Shown here piece by piece: positions 28,290 through 38,031 of a DNA stretch of 64,000 bases; positions within the stretch are counted from its first letter, which is position 1; each line of letters opens with the position of its first letter. The DNA lies in NCBI GenBank assembly GCA_964573695.1, contig CAZNKB010000004.1, forward strand, positions 14,214 through 78,213, given 5' to 3'. Position numbers and translations under genes: made by a program. The notes beneath the pieces are model-generated. The model saw only the letters and a list, made by a program, of their open reading frames with translations, did not search any database and had not been told where the DNA came from. Source of the DNA: an uncultured Gammaproteobacteria bacterium (lineage in GTDB: Bacteria > Patescibacteriota > Microgenomatia > UBA10105 > UBA927).

Positions 28290-29978
28290 ATGAAAATTCT
28301 TGGCATATCAGCTTTTTATCATGACAGCGCCGCTGTTTTGTATGTTGACGGAACACTGGTTTCGGCAATAGAGGAAGAGCGGTTTAGCAGAGTAAAGCAC
28401 GATAACGCGTTTCCGTTTAAGGCAATTCAATACTGCTTAAATTCAGTTGGTCTGACGATAGATGATATAGACGCGGTGGCATATTATGAGAAGCCGCTTC
28501 TTAAATTTGAGCGGTTGCTGGAAACATTTGTGGTGACTTACCCGTTTGCGCTCAAGCCGTTTTTGCAGGCCATCCCCGATTGGCTTGGCCAAAAAATAAA
28601 CGTTGAAGACATTATCAAAAACAAAGTCGGTTTTCACAAAAAGATTTATTATGTTCCTCATCATGTAAGTCACGCTGCTGCTGCATATTATTCCTCCCCG
28701 TATAGTTCAGCGGCCATTCTTACCATTGATGGTGTTGGTGAATACCAAACGACAGCGTTATGGAAGGGGGAAAAAGGAAAACTGACCCTTCTCGGGAGTA
28801 TTGATTTTCCACACTCGGCAGGACTTCTCTACTCTACGTTCACCGCGTATTTGGGTTTCAAGGTAAACGAAGATGAATATAAGGTTATGGGATTATCGGC
28901 ATACGGGTCACCGACGTATAAAGAGGATATATATCATCTTATCGACGTCAAGCCGGACGGTAGCTTCCGACTCAACATGGAGTATTTTTCTTACCGCGAA
29001 ACATTCAGGATGTTCAATAATAGATTTATTTCGCTTTTTGGGCCTCCCCGCAAGCCAGGAGAAAAAGTAGAAAAAAGGCATCGCGATATCGCGGCAAGCA
29101 TTCAGGCCGTCATGGAAGAACTCTTGTTTGCAATGCTTACCCACCTTCATGCTCTTACTAAATCCTCACATCTTTGCATGGGTGGCGGGGTAGCGCTCAA
29201 TGCTTTGGCAAACGGAAAGATATATACCAAAACACCATTTAAAAAAGTGCATATATTAGGTGCCGCCGGTGACAGCGGGGCCGCCATTGGGGCGGCGCTG
29301 TATGTCCAGCGGCAGATAGACAAAGGCGGCGGGCAGCAGCAAATTAAAGGACTGTATTTGGGATCGGCATACAGCAACGAGAGTATTGAGGCGGTATTGC
29401 TTTGTTATCCCAAATTAACGTACAGGAAATTTAGTGATGAAAGTGAGCTGCTACGATCCGTTGCAGCGCTGTTGTCCAAGGGAAAAACAGTTGGTTGGTT
29501 TTGGGGGCGTACGGAGTATGGCCCAAGGGCATTGGGTGCGCGCTCGATTCTATCCCGCCCCAGTCCGCGAAGCATGAAGGATGTCATGAATAAAATAAAA
29601 CGGCGGGAAGAGTTTCGTCCGTTTGCCGGATCAATCCTTCAGGATCATGTGCACGAATATTTTCATACTCCGGAAAAAAAGTATTACTCCCCCTTTATGA
29701 ACGTCTGTCTGGTGGTAAGGGAGAAGAAGCGCAAAGAATTGGCTGCGATTGTGCATGCGGATAACACATGCAGAATCCAAACAGTCAGCCCTGATAACGG
29801 CAGATACTACCGATTGATCAAAGAATTCTACAGGCAAACCGGCACACCGTGCGTTCTCAACACGAGCTTTAACGTCATGGGTGAACCGATTGTGGAGCAT
29901 CCGCGGCAGGCAATTGAGGATTTTCTCAATTCAAAAATGGACGCTCTTGTTATCGGTGATTTATTCATTCATAAATAG
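28290..29978 (+). CDS. Carbamoyltransferase of the NodU/CmcH/NovN family (O-carbamoylation of a sugar or hydroxyl acceptor)
   Basis: N-terminus MKILGISAFYHDSAAVLYVDGTLVSAIEEERFSRVKHD, an ASKHA/YrdC-like carbamoyltransferase N-terminal domain. 562 aa, which is the typical size. Confidence 0.8.
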   Translation: MKILGISAFYHDSAAVLYVDGTLVSAIEEERFSRVKHDNAFPFKAIQYCLNSVGLTIDDIDAVAYYEKPLLKFERLLETFVVTYPFALKPFLQAIPDWLGQKINVEDIIKNKVGFHKKIYYVPHHVSHAAAAYYSSPYSSAAILTIDGVGEYQTTALWKGEKGKLTLLGSIDFPHSAGLLYSTFTAYLGFKVNEDEYKVMGLSAYGSPTYKEDIYHLIDVKPDGSFRLNMEYFSYRETFRMFNNRFISLFGPPRKPGEKVEKRHRDIAASIQAVMEELLFAMLTHLHALTKSSHLCMGGGVALNALANGKIYTKTPFKKVHILGAAGDSGAAIGAALYVQRQIDKGGGQQQIKGLYLGSAYSNESIEAVLLCYPKLTYRKFSDESELLRSVAALLSKGKTVGWFWGRTEYGPRALGARSILSRPSPRSMKDVMNKIKRREEFRPFAGSILQDHVHEYFHTPEKKYYSPFMNVCLVVREKKRKELAAIVHADNTCRIQTVSPDNGRYYRLIKEFYRQTGTPCVLNTSFNVMGEPIVEHPRQAIEDFLNSKMDALVIGDLFIHK

Positions 29979-30301
29979 TGGTATAGGGATAATAGAGATG
30001 AAGAGAAGCAGTGCTTCTAATAATCGCTAGCATCTATTGTTGAGAATCTACGCACGGGATAAGTGATAAACGTTGTAAAATGTCAAATAGCTGAAAGGCC
30101 ATATCTTTGTGTTCCTTCGTGGACGGGTGATAATCATAGGGATGAAACGTTTCGGTGATTTCTATGGGAGCGTAACACGTATTTTCCGATGATTGTATAA
30201 ATTTGGTAATGAGATCTAGGAATCGACCAGGAATAGTCGTGTCTGTCGTTACGAGCATGGTGCCGGCGTACACTTTTCGCATATCAGATAGCGCGGAAGT
30301 C

Positions 30302-31039
30302 TCAAGAGAGAAGCTCCTCTTGTTGTTTAATAGTGGCGTGTTTAAAATCTTCGGTAATTTTTTTGTACGCGAGATCCGATGCTTCAAGCGAGATATCCAT
30401 TGGAGTTTTGGATTTTTGTGATTCGTTCGTTGCCTCAAGCTCGTTTCTGTATTGCATGCTTAAGTCGTGATACCGATCCGCATTGAGATATATATTTTCG
30501 TCTCGCATGAACCAAATAACAAGATCGGGGTTGTATTTAGCTCCCAAGTCTTTGTACCTCTCCAGGGCGTAGATCAAGTCAAAGCCCGGCACGCCAAGAT
30601 TGATAACTTCAAATTTTAAGTTATTTTTGCACAATGGGGCACTTTGTAGCTTATCCTCAAGCAATTCAGAAAAATTTTGTGACGTATTTACCCACATGCC
30701 ATACACGAATGAGTCGCCTAATGTAATTATTCTATAGGTGTTTGCTGGTTTGTCTGGCGTGTAGTCATATCGATCGTGCAAGCGATCTTTGTTAAATGAG
30801 TATGAAACGGGTTGTGAAAGCCACGCGACACGTTCTTCCTTTGTGGTGCCCGAAGGAAGGGTGTAATAATTTCGTAGACGTTCGTTTGGTGAAAGATGAA
30901 TTATTTCTGACGTGAGCGGGTTTATATTTAGTGGGGCGTCGCGATTTTGTGTTTTTGTCAATAAAATTGAGGTACTTATATATAAAATCGCACAGATTTC
31001 TATTACAATTAGGCCGCTAACGAATCGGTTTAATTTCAT
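30302..31039 (-). CDS. SGNH/GDSL hydrolase-family protein with an N-terminal signal anchor. It appears frame-disrupted near its 3' end (see findings).
   Basis: Transmembrane anchor LIVIEICAILYISTSILL. Block I motif IITLGDSFVYG. The conserved C-terminal DxxH block (YDYHPS) lies in a different frame, in ORF 30034-30438. Confidence 0.55.
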   Translation of the reverse strand: MKLNRFVSGLIVIEICAILYISTSILLTKTQNRDAPLNINPLTSEIIHLSPNERLRNYYTLPSGTTKEERVAWLSQPVSYSFNKDRLHDRYDYTPDKPANTYRIITLGDSFVYGMWVNTSQNFSELLEDKLQSAPLCKNNLKFEVINLGVPGFDLIYALERYKDLGAKYNPDLVIWFMRDENIYLNADRYHDLSMQYRNELEATNESQKSKTPMDISLEASDLAYKKITEDFKHATIKQQEELLS

Positions 31040-31093
31040 GCGTCGTAGTCAAAAGGTAATCAATGGGGCGTCATCATAGTAGCATATGTTTTT

Positions 31094-32881
31094 ATGAAGA
31101 CATTCAGGGTATTTGATCTTGCTTTTGTTTCCGGTTCTATATCGGAGGTCGTACAGCGTATCGCCCAATGGATTGATACGGATAAGCACGCGTACATATG
31201 TGTCACCGGAGCACATGGTGTCGTTGAGGCGAGCGGAAAACCACTCGTCAAAACGGCTCATAAAGAAGCGACTTTGATCGTGCCAGACGGCATGCCATTG
31301 GTTTGGATTGGGAGATTGTTGGGGGCCAAAAATACGCAGAGGATATATGGTCCTGACCTGTTTCTTGCTTTGTGTCGCCGGGCGCAAGAAGAAAAATGGA
31401 GTATATTTCTTTACGGATCATCGCCACACGTTCTGAAGAAACTTACGTCTGAGTTAATCCGTAGATTTCCGTTGTTACGGGTGGCGGGGCGTCTCGCTCC
31501 CCCATTCCGGCTATTAAGCAAAGCCGAAGACGAAAAATTTATCGACAGCATTAATGCAACGAAAGCGCAGATTGTGTTTGTTGGTCTGAGTACCCCCAAA
31601 CAAGAAATATGGATGTATGAGCACCGGTCGAGGCTTAACGTAAATGTGTTGATTGGGGTGGGTGCGGCATTTGATTTTGTCGCGCGTACGAAAAAACAGG
31701 CTCCGCGTTTTATACAACAGTCAGGTTTTGAGTGGTTGTTCAGGTTTTTGCAGGAGCCACGAAGGCTTTGGCGTCGGGCATTGGTTGTAAACGCGCGGTT
31801 CTTGATATTGACAGCGAAAGAAACATTATCTTTGGTGGCACACGTGCGCCGCAGAAACGTTTTGCGTACTATCCTGGTCAGCTTGTTACTGACGGGGCTG
31901 CTATTGGGGCTCGCAGAGCTGGCCTCACGAATGATGACTGATTTTGGATTTATTTCGTATTACCACCCGATAAAAATTCAGACTCTTATAGAGCCAAGCG
32001 CCCAAACAGAAGATTGGCGCCTGACTCATATATACCGTGATGAACAGTTTATGCCGGACTCGCTGCTTTTTTGGAAACCGAAGCCAGGAGCATGGCGGTA
32101 TAACAAAGACGGATTTGTCGGTAGTGTAAATCGGTCTGTGTTGCATGAAGCAAAAGAGCGCGGCGGGTGTAGTGTTTTGGCTATTGGAGATTCAAACACT
32201 CAGGGAATCGCAGAGTTTTCCTGGCCAGAGAGTTTGAATGAGCTTTTTGTAACAAACGGACTATCCACCAGAGTGGCCAACGCGGGAGTAGCAGGATACA
32301 GTTCATTTCAAGGTGAGTATTTATATAATCAATTGGCAGCGAGTCTACAGCCAACGGTAGTGGTTGTCAGTTTTGGCTGGAATGATATGACACCAGATAT
32401 GGGCATGCCGGACCGGAATTTTTCCCGTTTCTCCTTGCCAGCAAATAGCCTGCTAAGCAGATCTAAGTTATACTTGATAATCCAAAATATTTTTTCCCCG
32501 AAGGTAGAGAATGACGGAGAGTATCATCCCCGAGTGAGCGTATCTGAATACAAAGAAAACCTCAATGCTATTATTACTACTGCTCAACAACACAAGAGCA
32601 CGGTGCTGCTTCTAACAAGGCCGTATAATCCCGAGCATATGGTGTGGAATTCAGTGAGCCCGCTCCTCAAAGGGGGTTGGAGAAAATACGTCTATGATTA
32701 TAACGGTGTAGTCCGAGATGTTGCCCACAAGCGGTCAGTTCAACTCATAGACATGGAGGCGAAATTCAGTACAGATGCAGCCTATTTTCTTGATGATTCG
32801 CATTTCACACTGGAGGCAAGCAGGATTGCTGCAATGTTTATATATGAGCAGATGCGTCGTAATGACTTAGTATGTAAGTAA
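31094..32881 (+). CDS. Fusion protein: an N-terminal WecB/TagA/CpsF (GT26) glycosyltransferase, a transmembrane helix, and a C-terminal SGNH/GDSL hydrolase domain
   Basis: The N-terminus has the GT26-like segment IVPDGMPLVWIGRLLGAK...IFLYGSSPHV. The transmembrane helix is ILVSLLLTGLLLGLAELA. The C-terminal domain begins CSVLAIGDSNTQGI (the GDS block). Confidence 0.6.
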   Translation: MKTFRVFDLAFVSGSISEVVQRIAQWIDTDKHAYICVTGAHGVVEASGKPLVKTAHKEATLIVPDGMPLVWIGRLLGAKNTQRIYGPDLFLALCRRAQEEKWSIFLYGSSPHVLKKLTSELIRRFPLLRVAGRLAPPFRLLSKAEDEKFIDSINATKAQIVFVGLSTPKQEIWMYEHRSRLNVNVLIGVGAAFDFVARTKKQAPRFIQQSGFEWLFRFLQEPRRLWRRALVVNARFLILTAKETLSLVAHVRRRNVLRTILVSLLLTGLLLGLAELASRMMTDFGFISYYHPIKIQTLIEPSAQTEDWRLTHIYRDEQFMPDSLLFWKPKPGAWRYNKDGFVGSVNRSVLHEAKERGGCSVLAIGDSNTQGIAEFSWPESLNELFVTNGLSTRVANAGVAGYSSFQGEYLYNQLAASLQPTVVVVSFGWNDMTPDMGMPDRNFSRFSLPANSLLSRSKLYLIIQNIFSPKVENDGEYHPRVSVSEYKENLNAIITTAQQHKSTVLLLTRPYNPEHMVWNSVSPLLKGGWRKYVYDYNGVVRDVAHKRSVQLIDMEAKFSTDAAYFLDDSHFTLEASRIAAMFIYEQMRRNDLVCK

Positions 32882-32970
32882 ATATTTATAACGACACATA
32901 TGTGTATCGTCTAATTTTATCCCCCCCCGGTAAGTTATTCCTGGTGAAAAAAAGCATGAGTGCGGTGACT

Positions 32971-34074
32971 TTAACCCGAAAATGATTGTTGTATTGCGAG
33001 AGAGGTGTTTATGTATTCTTTTTTGCTGTTTCCCAACCCTGACGGGAGATAGAATCCTGTTTTTTCCAGTAAATCCGCGACCGGGAAATGCGTGTGTTGG
33101 TGCAGGCCAAGCTTTTTGAATGCCGTGCGCGGAGAATAAAAAAAGGTTCTTGTTTGGACGCCGTATTTTGTCATGAGCAGATCAATAAGCTTACTGCGTG
33201 ATACGTGAGCCTTCGGATCTACGCGTACGGCGTACATCCAATACACATTTGTCGCCCAGGATTTTTCCATTGGAAGGATAAGACCGGGTATGTCGGAAAG
33301 CTGGTTACGGTAAATTTTTGCCATCGCACGTTTCTTTTTCAGGGATGTGTTTATTTCTTCCAGACTGGCGAGGCCCACTGCCGCCTGCATGTTGCTCATG
33401 AGATAGGTGTACCCTACCCCCTCGTGAATAAATCGTTTTTTCGTGTGGTTAAGTGCTTTTACTCTATTGACTGTGTCGATGTATTTTTTGTTATTGGAGA
33501 CGACCATGCCGCCCTCCCCCGTTGTGACAATTTTATTTGCGTAAAAGCTAAAGATAGAGATATCTCCTATTGATCCGACCTTTTTGCCTTTGTACTCCGC
33601 CCCGTGTGCTTCTGCCGCATCCTCTAGCACTTTGAGTTTATGCTTTTTGGCCAGCTTCATAATGGGATCCATATCGCAAGGATGACCAAATAGATGAACA
33701 ACCATAATTACTTTGGTGCGTTTGGTTATGGCTTTTTCGATAAGGGAGGGATTAATGCAATAGGTTTCCGGATCTACATCTACGGGAACCGCGTTTGCTC
33801 CGGTATACCAAGCCGCGAAATAACACGAAGCTATCGTCATGGCAGGTACGATAACCTCGTCTCCCGGTCCAACGCCTAACGCAAGTAAGGCCAGATGAAG
33901 CGCGGCGGTGCCTGAACTTGTGGTCGCCGCGTGATTGACACCAAGGTATGAGGCAAACTCGCTTTCAAAGCGCTTCACAAATGGTCCTTCTGAGGAAAAC
34001 CAACCTGAGCGCACACATTGCGTTAGGTATTTTTGCGCATGTTTTGGAATAGCCGGTCGATTTACAGGAATCAT
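32971..34074 (-). CDS. DegT/DnrJ/EryC1/StrS-family PLP-dependent sugar aminotransferase
   Basis: IPVNRPAIPKHAQKYLTQCVRSGWFSSEGPFVKRFESEFASYLG. The fold-type-I AAT-like architecture is typical for NDP-sugar aminotransferases. Confidence 0.8.
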   Translation of the reverse strand: MIPVNRPAIPKHAQKYLTQCVRSGWFSSEGPFVKRFESEFASYLGVNHAATTSSGTAALHLALLALGVGPGDEVIVPAMTIASCYFAAWYTGANAVPVDVDPETYCINPSLIEKAITKRTKVIMVVHLFGHPCDMDPIMKLAKKHKLKVLEDAAEAHGAEYKGKKVGSIGDISIFSFYANKIVTTGEGGMVVSNNKKYIDTVNRVKALNHTKKRFIHEGVGYTYLMSNMQAAVGLASLEEINTSLKKKRAMAKIYRNQLSDIPGLILPMEKSWATNVYWMYAVRVDPKAHVSRSKLIDLLMTKYGVQTRTFFYSPRTAFKKLGLHQHTHFPVADLLEKTGFYLPSGLGNSKKEYINTSLAIQQSFSG

Positions 34075-35063
34075 GATATTTGTGCCCACTCGCGTTTTTT
34101 GGAAGATCTATATGCCGCCTCAATCATTTTGATGACGCTCGCGCCGTCATTGGCGTCCGGTTCCGGTTGACGATTGTTTCGTATGCACTCGGCCAAATAG
34201 AGTAGCTCCCTGTGGTAGGAGTCCTTCTGTTCATTCGAATAGTCATACGTTGCGCACACGCCTTCCTTTGCCCCAATCGTCACGGTGTCGTGCGTCGTGG
34301 AATCGATCAGAATATACCCTTTTTCTCCCCAAAGTTCGATATGGAGGTATCCCGCCCATTGTAGCCAGCTGGAAGTTATGACGGCCTGTCTCTTGTCCCG
34401 GGTGATATAAACGGCAGAACCTGTGTCCTCCACCTTTGCGTCTTTCCAAAGATTTGTCGTCATGACTGCGGTGCAACTGGTGAAATCCCCCATAAACATG
34501 CGGGCGATATCCAGCAAATGGCATCCGTTATCAATAAACGTCCCGCCTCCCGATACTGTTGGATTCCAAAACCATTTTTTGGATACTCTCGCGCCGTTGG
34601 TTCCTATGCTTCCTTTGAAAAAAAGTAGTTTTCCAATCTCGCCATTTTCATAGAGTTCCCTTGCTTTTTGGACGGTATGAAAAAAACGATGATTGGATCC
34701 CGTTTTGACTATCTTATGGTATTTTTTTGCGGCGGCCGCGATTTTTTTTGCGTCGGCAAGCGTTGTCGCGAGAGGTTTCTCACATAATATATGCATGCCA
34801 AGCTTCATGGCCTGAATACTCATAATTTTATGAAATCCGTTAGGGGTTGCGATTATTGCAAGGTCAGCGTCCCCGACAAGGTGAGTCAAGCTTGAGACAA
34901 CCGGCACGCCGAATTGTTTGGCGATCCGGTTACGTTGTTCCACAACCGGATCAACGACGGCGATTACGCGAAAATCATTTTTTAATGCCAAACACGCGCT
35001 TAATCGTTTCGTGCCGAAAAATCCCGCCCCGACAACAATAACTCGTATCGGTTTTTTTTCCAT
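34071..35063 (-). CDS. Gfo/Idh/MocA-family NAD(P)-dependent oxidoreductase (sugar dehydrogenase)
   Basis: Rossmann motif IRVIVVGAGFFGTKRL. The consensus EKP motif is present as CEKPLA. There is a 4-nt overlap with the downstream aminotransferase, which suggests an oxidase-aminotransferase pair making an amino sugar. Confidence 0.8.
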   Translation of the reverse strand: MEKKPIRVIVVGAGFFGTKRLSACLALKNDFRVIAVVDPVVEQRNRIAKQFGVPVVSSLTHLVGDADLAIIATPNGFHKIMSIQAMKLGMHILCEKPLATTLADAKKIAAAAKKYHKIVKTGSNHRFFHTVQKARELYENGEIGKLLFFKGSIGTNGARVSKKWFWNPTVSGGGTFIDNGCHLLDIARMFMGDFTSCTAVMTTNLWKDAKVEDTGSAVYITRDKRQAVITSSWLQWAGYLHIELWGEKGYILIDSTTHDTVTIGAKEGVCATYDYSNEQKDSYHRELLYLAECIRNNRQPEPDANDGASVIKMIEAAYRSSKKREWAQIS

Positions 35064-35112
35064 GCGCGGAAATTGTAACAGAGTGACCTTTTAATTTCAC
35101 GCGCTTGATATA

Positions 35113-36264
35113 ATGCCGATGATGAAACAAAGCCCGGTTATTTTTTTGTTTAACTCGCCGATTAGCAGTGGATGTGACTATGTTATGCAAACGATGAGAA
35201 TCGTTGCGCGACGTAATCCGGTGTATGGTATGTGTTTAGGGGATGTAATCTCCCTCCCTAACTATCTCGTGGGGAAAGACAAATGGATTGTCCGAAAGAT
35301 GCACGGAGCAACAATCATCCGGCCTGTAAGCGTGTTTCCTGGTTTGCGTTTCCGATTTGTTCGCCAGCTCACATACATATTGGCCGCCTTAGCGTTGCGC
35401 CTTTTTGTCGATATAAAACACCGGCCTTCACGCAAATTACTCTGGTATTTTGAGCCGTTTCATATCCCGGTACTTCGTGATCTGTTTTGGAAATATCAAA
35501 CTATATACGACTGTGTGGATTATTATCCCGGGTTTAGTGATGTTGCACGCAGGGAACATGCCGCGCTTATGCGTCAGTCGACGTACGTGTTTGCCAACTC
35601 AAAGGTGTTAGTCCGCGCATTGGAAAAGTTCCGTTCTGATGTGGTTTCGGTGCCTCAGGGATTTGCAAGCGATATGTTCCGCGGTCTTCCAATTCCTCCC
35701 GTTGCTCCCAACAAGCGGATTTTTACGGTTGGATATATAGGAAGTATTAGCGCCCGTATGGATTTTTCGTTACTTAAAAAAGTCATTCGTAAGCTGCCAG
35801 AAATTTCTTTCATTTTCGTCGGAGGCAGAGAATTCAACGTATTTGGTACACACGATGATGCACAGCAAGCCTTTCGTTCCCTGTGCCAGTACCCAAATGT
35901 TACGTGGGTGCCGGAGGTGGTGAAAGCGAGTATCCCAACGTATCTTTCCCGTTTTGATCTCGGGATCGTCCCGTACCGGACGGATATTGCTTTTAACCGG
36001 TACGCTTTTCCGATGAAAGTGCTTGAGTATTTCGCTTTGGGCCGACCCGTCATTTCAACAAATATCATGTCGCTGCGCGATTATGCCCGCGACGGTTTGT
36101 TGACACAAGCGATTACGGCAGACGCGGTTGTCCGTGCCATACGATACTACAGGAATCACGGGTGGAATAGTCGCAGTCAAAAACGTCAGGCGGCCGAGGC
36201 AAAGCGAAATGCCTGGGAGCATAAAGTCGATGAGATTATGACAACGATTTCTCGGGTAAGTTAA
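35113..36264 (+). CDS. Glycosyltransferase family 4-like (GT-B)
   Basis: C-terminal segment KVLEYFALGRPVISTNIMSLRDYARDG, the GT1/GT4 nucleotide-binding motif. Confidence 0.6.
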   Translation: MPMMKQSPVIFLFNSPISSGCDYVMQTMRIVARRNPVYGMCLGDVISLPNYLVGKDKWIVRKMHGATIIRPVSVFPGLRFRFVRQLTYILAALALRLFVDIKHRPSRKLLWYFEPFHIPVLRDLFWKYQTIYDCVDYYPGFSDVARREHAALMRQSTYVFANSKVLVRALEKFRSDVVSVPQGFASDMFRGLPIPPVAPNKRIFTVGYIGSISARMDFSLLKKVIRKLPEISFIFVGGREFNVFGTHDDAQQAFRSLCQYPNVTWVPEVVKASIPTYLSRFDLGIVPYRTDIAFNRYAFPMKVLEYFALGRPVISTNIMSLRDYARDGLLTQAITADAVVRAIRYYRNHGWNSRSQKRQAAEAKRNAWEHKVDEIMTTISRVS

Positions 36265-37186
36265 TGTTGGGTCTTTTTGCAACCGGATCGCGCCGCGCAT
36301 ACCAAAGCGCCACGACAAGTCCCCATATGGCGATTAGGAAGTGTCGCAATTCATGTGTTACCTGCTTGCCTGAGGTAATTTGCCGAATGATCGTAAGAAA
36401 ACTTGATTTGACGATTGGTACGGCAAACGAAAATCCTTGAAACGCGAAGTATCCGTAACACGCGGTTTCACCGCACGTATACGAACGAGTCTGTGCGGAC
36501 ATTTGATCTTTGGTGAGCCACCGGTTGTGAGATACGGTCATAGTAGGTTCATAAAGAATTGTGTGATGCTCAATGAGCAACCGAAGCGCCATTTCGGCAT
36601 CTTCGGCATTGCTGCCTATCGATCCCGGGCCAAGCCATGTTTTAAATAATCCAGAAGATTCGATAGCAGATTTTCTGATTGCCATGTTGTTTCCGAACCC
36701 TATCGATCGGAAATGAGGCGTTGGAACGGAAATGATCGTCCGTTTCGTACTCGTAAAAATTGAAGGGCAGATGCGTCCTTTATGGATATTGGGCTTATAC
36801 GGAACAGTACGTCCAAAAAAAGCAGATTGACGCCTATGTTTTTGGGCTATTTGGGAAATAACCGATAACCAGCGAGCGCTTACGATACAATCATCATCGG
36901 TGAACGCAAATAAACGCCCCCGCGCCTTACTCAAAGCGTGATTTAATGCGGAGCTTTTGCCTCCCGACGGCACAAACACATGTACAAGTTGTGGTAGATA
37001 CGGAAATTGTTTTGTATCAATGCTGTTTGGAACTGTGCTTTGATCCGCGACGATGACCTCAAAATTTTTGAACGTATTTCGTTCTAATGACCGCAAGACT
37101 CGGATAAGATCTTCTTGCCTGTTTTTGGTTGCGATAATAACGCTTATGAGCGGTGCCGCTAGTCTTTGAAAGCTATCCGGAGCCAT
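36236..37186 (-). CDS. Glycosyltransferase family 2
   Basis: LISVIIATKNRQEDLIRVLRSLERNTFKNFEVIVADQSTVP, followed by a DxD motif (TDDD). Confidence 0.7.
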   Translation of the reverse strand: MAPDSFQRLAAPLISVIIATKNRQEDLIRVLRSLERNTFKNFEVIVADQSTVPNSIDTKQFPYLPQLVHVFVPSGGKSSALNHALSKARGRLFAFTDDDCIVSARWLSVISQIAQKHRRQSAFFGRTVPYKPNIHKGRICPSIFTSTKRTIISVPTPHFRSIGFGNNMAIRKSAIESSGLFKTWLGPGSIGSNAEDAEMALRLLIEHHTILYEPTMTVSHNRWLTKDQMSAQTRSYTCGETACYGYFAFQGFSFAVPIVKSSFLTIIRQITSGKQVTHELRHFLIAIWGLVVALWYARRDPVAKRPNINLPEKSLS

Positions 37187-37190
37187 GATG

Positions 37191-37892
37191 TTATATGTCG
37201 ATAAAAAGCGCCTTTTTCTTGCGTTTTGTCAGAATTCCTAGCCCGATGTTTCCCGGCAGTTCTAGCGTGTTGTTGGGATGCGTGTGTTTAATTTCTGCCC
37301 ATAATTTGTGTACACCCAGGACGAGATCATTTATCCGTTTGACATGTATGTCATGAAAAGACATGGCACCGTCCGGAAGGAGTCTCGGCCAGAATGTGGT
37401 GAAGTCGAATTTTGCGCCTTTATACGAATGGTCCCCATCCACGTATATGTACCCCCAACGGTCTGATTTGTGCGCCGCCGCAAACTCCTTCGTGGTAGTA
37501 ACATGAAGTTTGATATGTTGTCCTGCTCCGAATTTTCCGAAATATTTTTTCGGATTAATTTTTTTCCACGTGCCTACTCCACCCCAGTTGTCCGGCTCAT
37601 TTGGGTCATTTTCGTCAAAACCCGCATCGACAAAATCCACAAATCCGCGACCATTATCTTTGCATGCGAGCGCGCAAATAATAGGTATATAGCCGTATCT
37701 GCTCCCTATGCACAAAACGCGTTCAGGACGTAGTGTCCGTATCATCGCATAGTGTATCCAGCCGTATCCTAAATTTCCTGTTGTAAGATCGATTTCGTGC
37801 CAGTTATGTTCTCTGGCATACGTTCGTATAAGGCCTCGTGCAATTTTTTTGTGGATCAATTCCGGAACGAGTGATATGGTAGGGATGATCAT
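37191..37892 (-). CDS. TylF/MycF/CmcI-like (Methyltransf_24) class I SAM-dependent O-methyltransferase
   Basis: RVLCIGSRYGYIPIICALAC...FVDFVDAGFD...YIYVDGDHSYKGAKFD. The YIDGDHxY motif is characteristic of macrocin-O-methyltransferase-like enzymes. Confidence 0.55.
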   Translation of the reverse strand: MIIPTISLVPELIHKKIARGLIRTYAREHNWHEIDLTTGNLGYGWIHYAMIRTLRPERVLCIGSRYGYIPIICALACKDNGRGFVDFVDAGFDENDPNEPDNWGGVGTWKKINPKKYFGKFGAGQHIKLHVTTTKEFAAAHKSDRWGYIYVDGDHSYKGAKFDFTTFWPRLLPDGAMSFHDIHVKRINDLVLGVHKLWAEIKHTHPNNTLELPGNIGLGILTKRKKKALFIDI

Positions 37893-38031
37893 AAGAGAAT
37901 TTGCGGCGCTTTCGAAATAGTTGTTCGATTATATCACTCCCCTCATTGATTTGATGAGCCGTAGTGGTATTACCGTTTGGTAATCCTATTAGTTTTTGCT
38001 GTGTATAGTTTCGTATCACCGAAGATGACAC

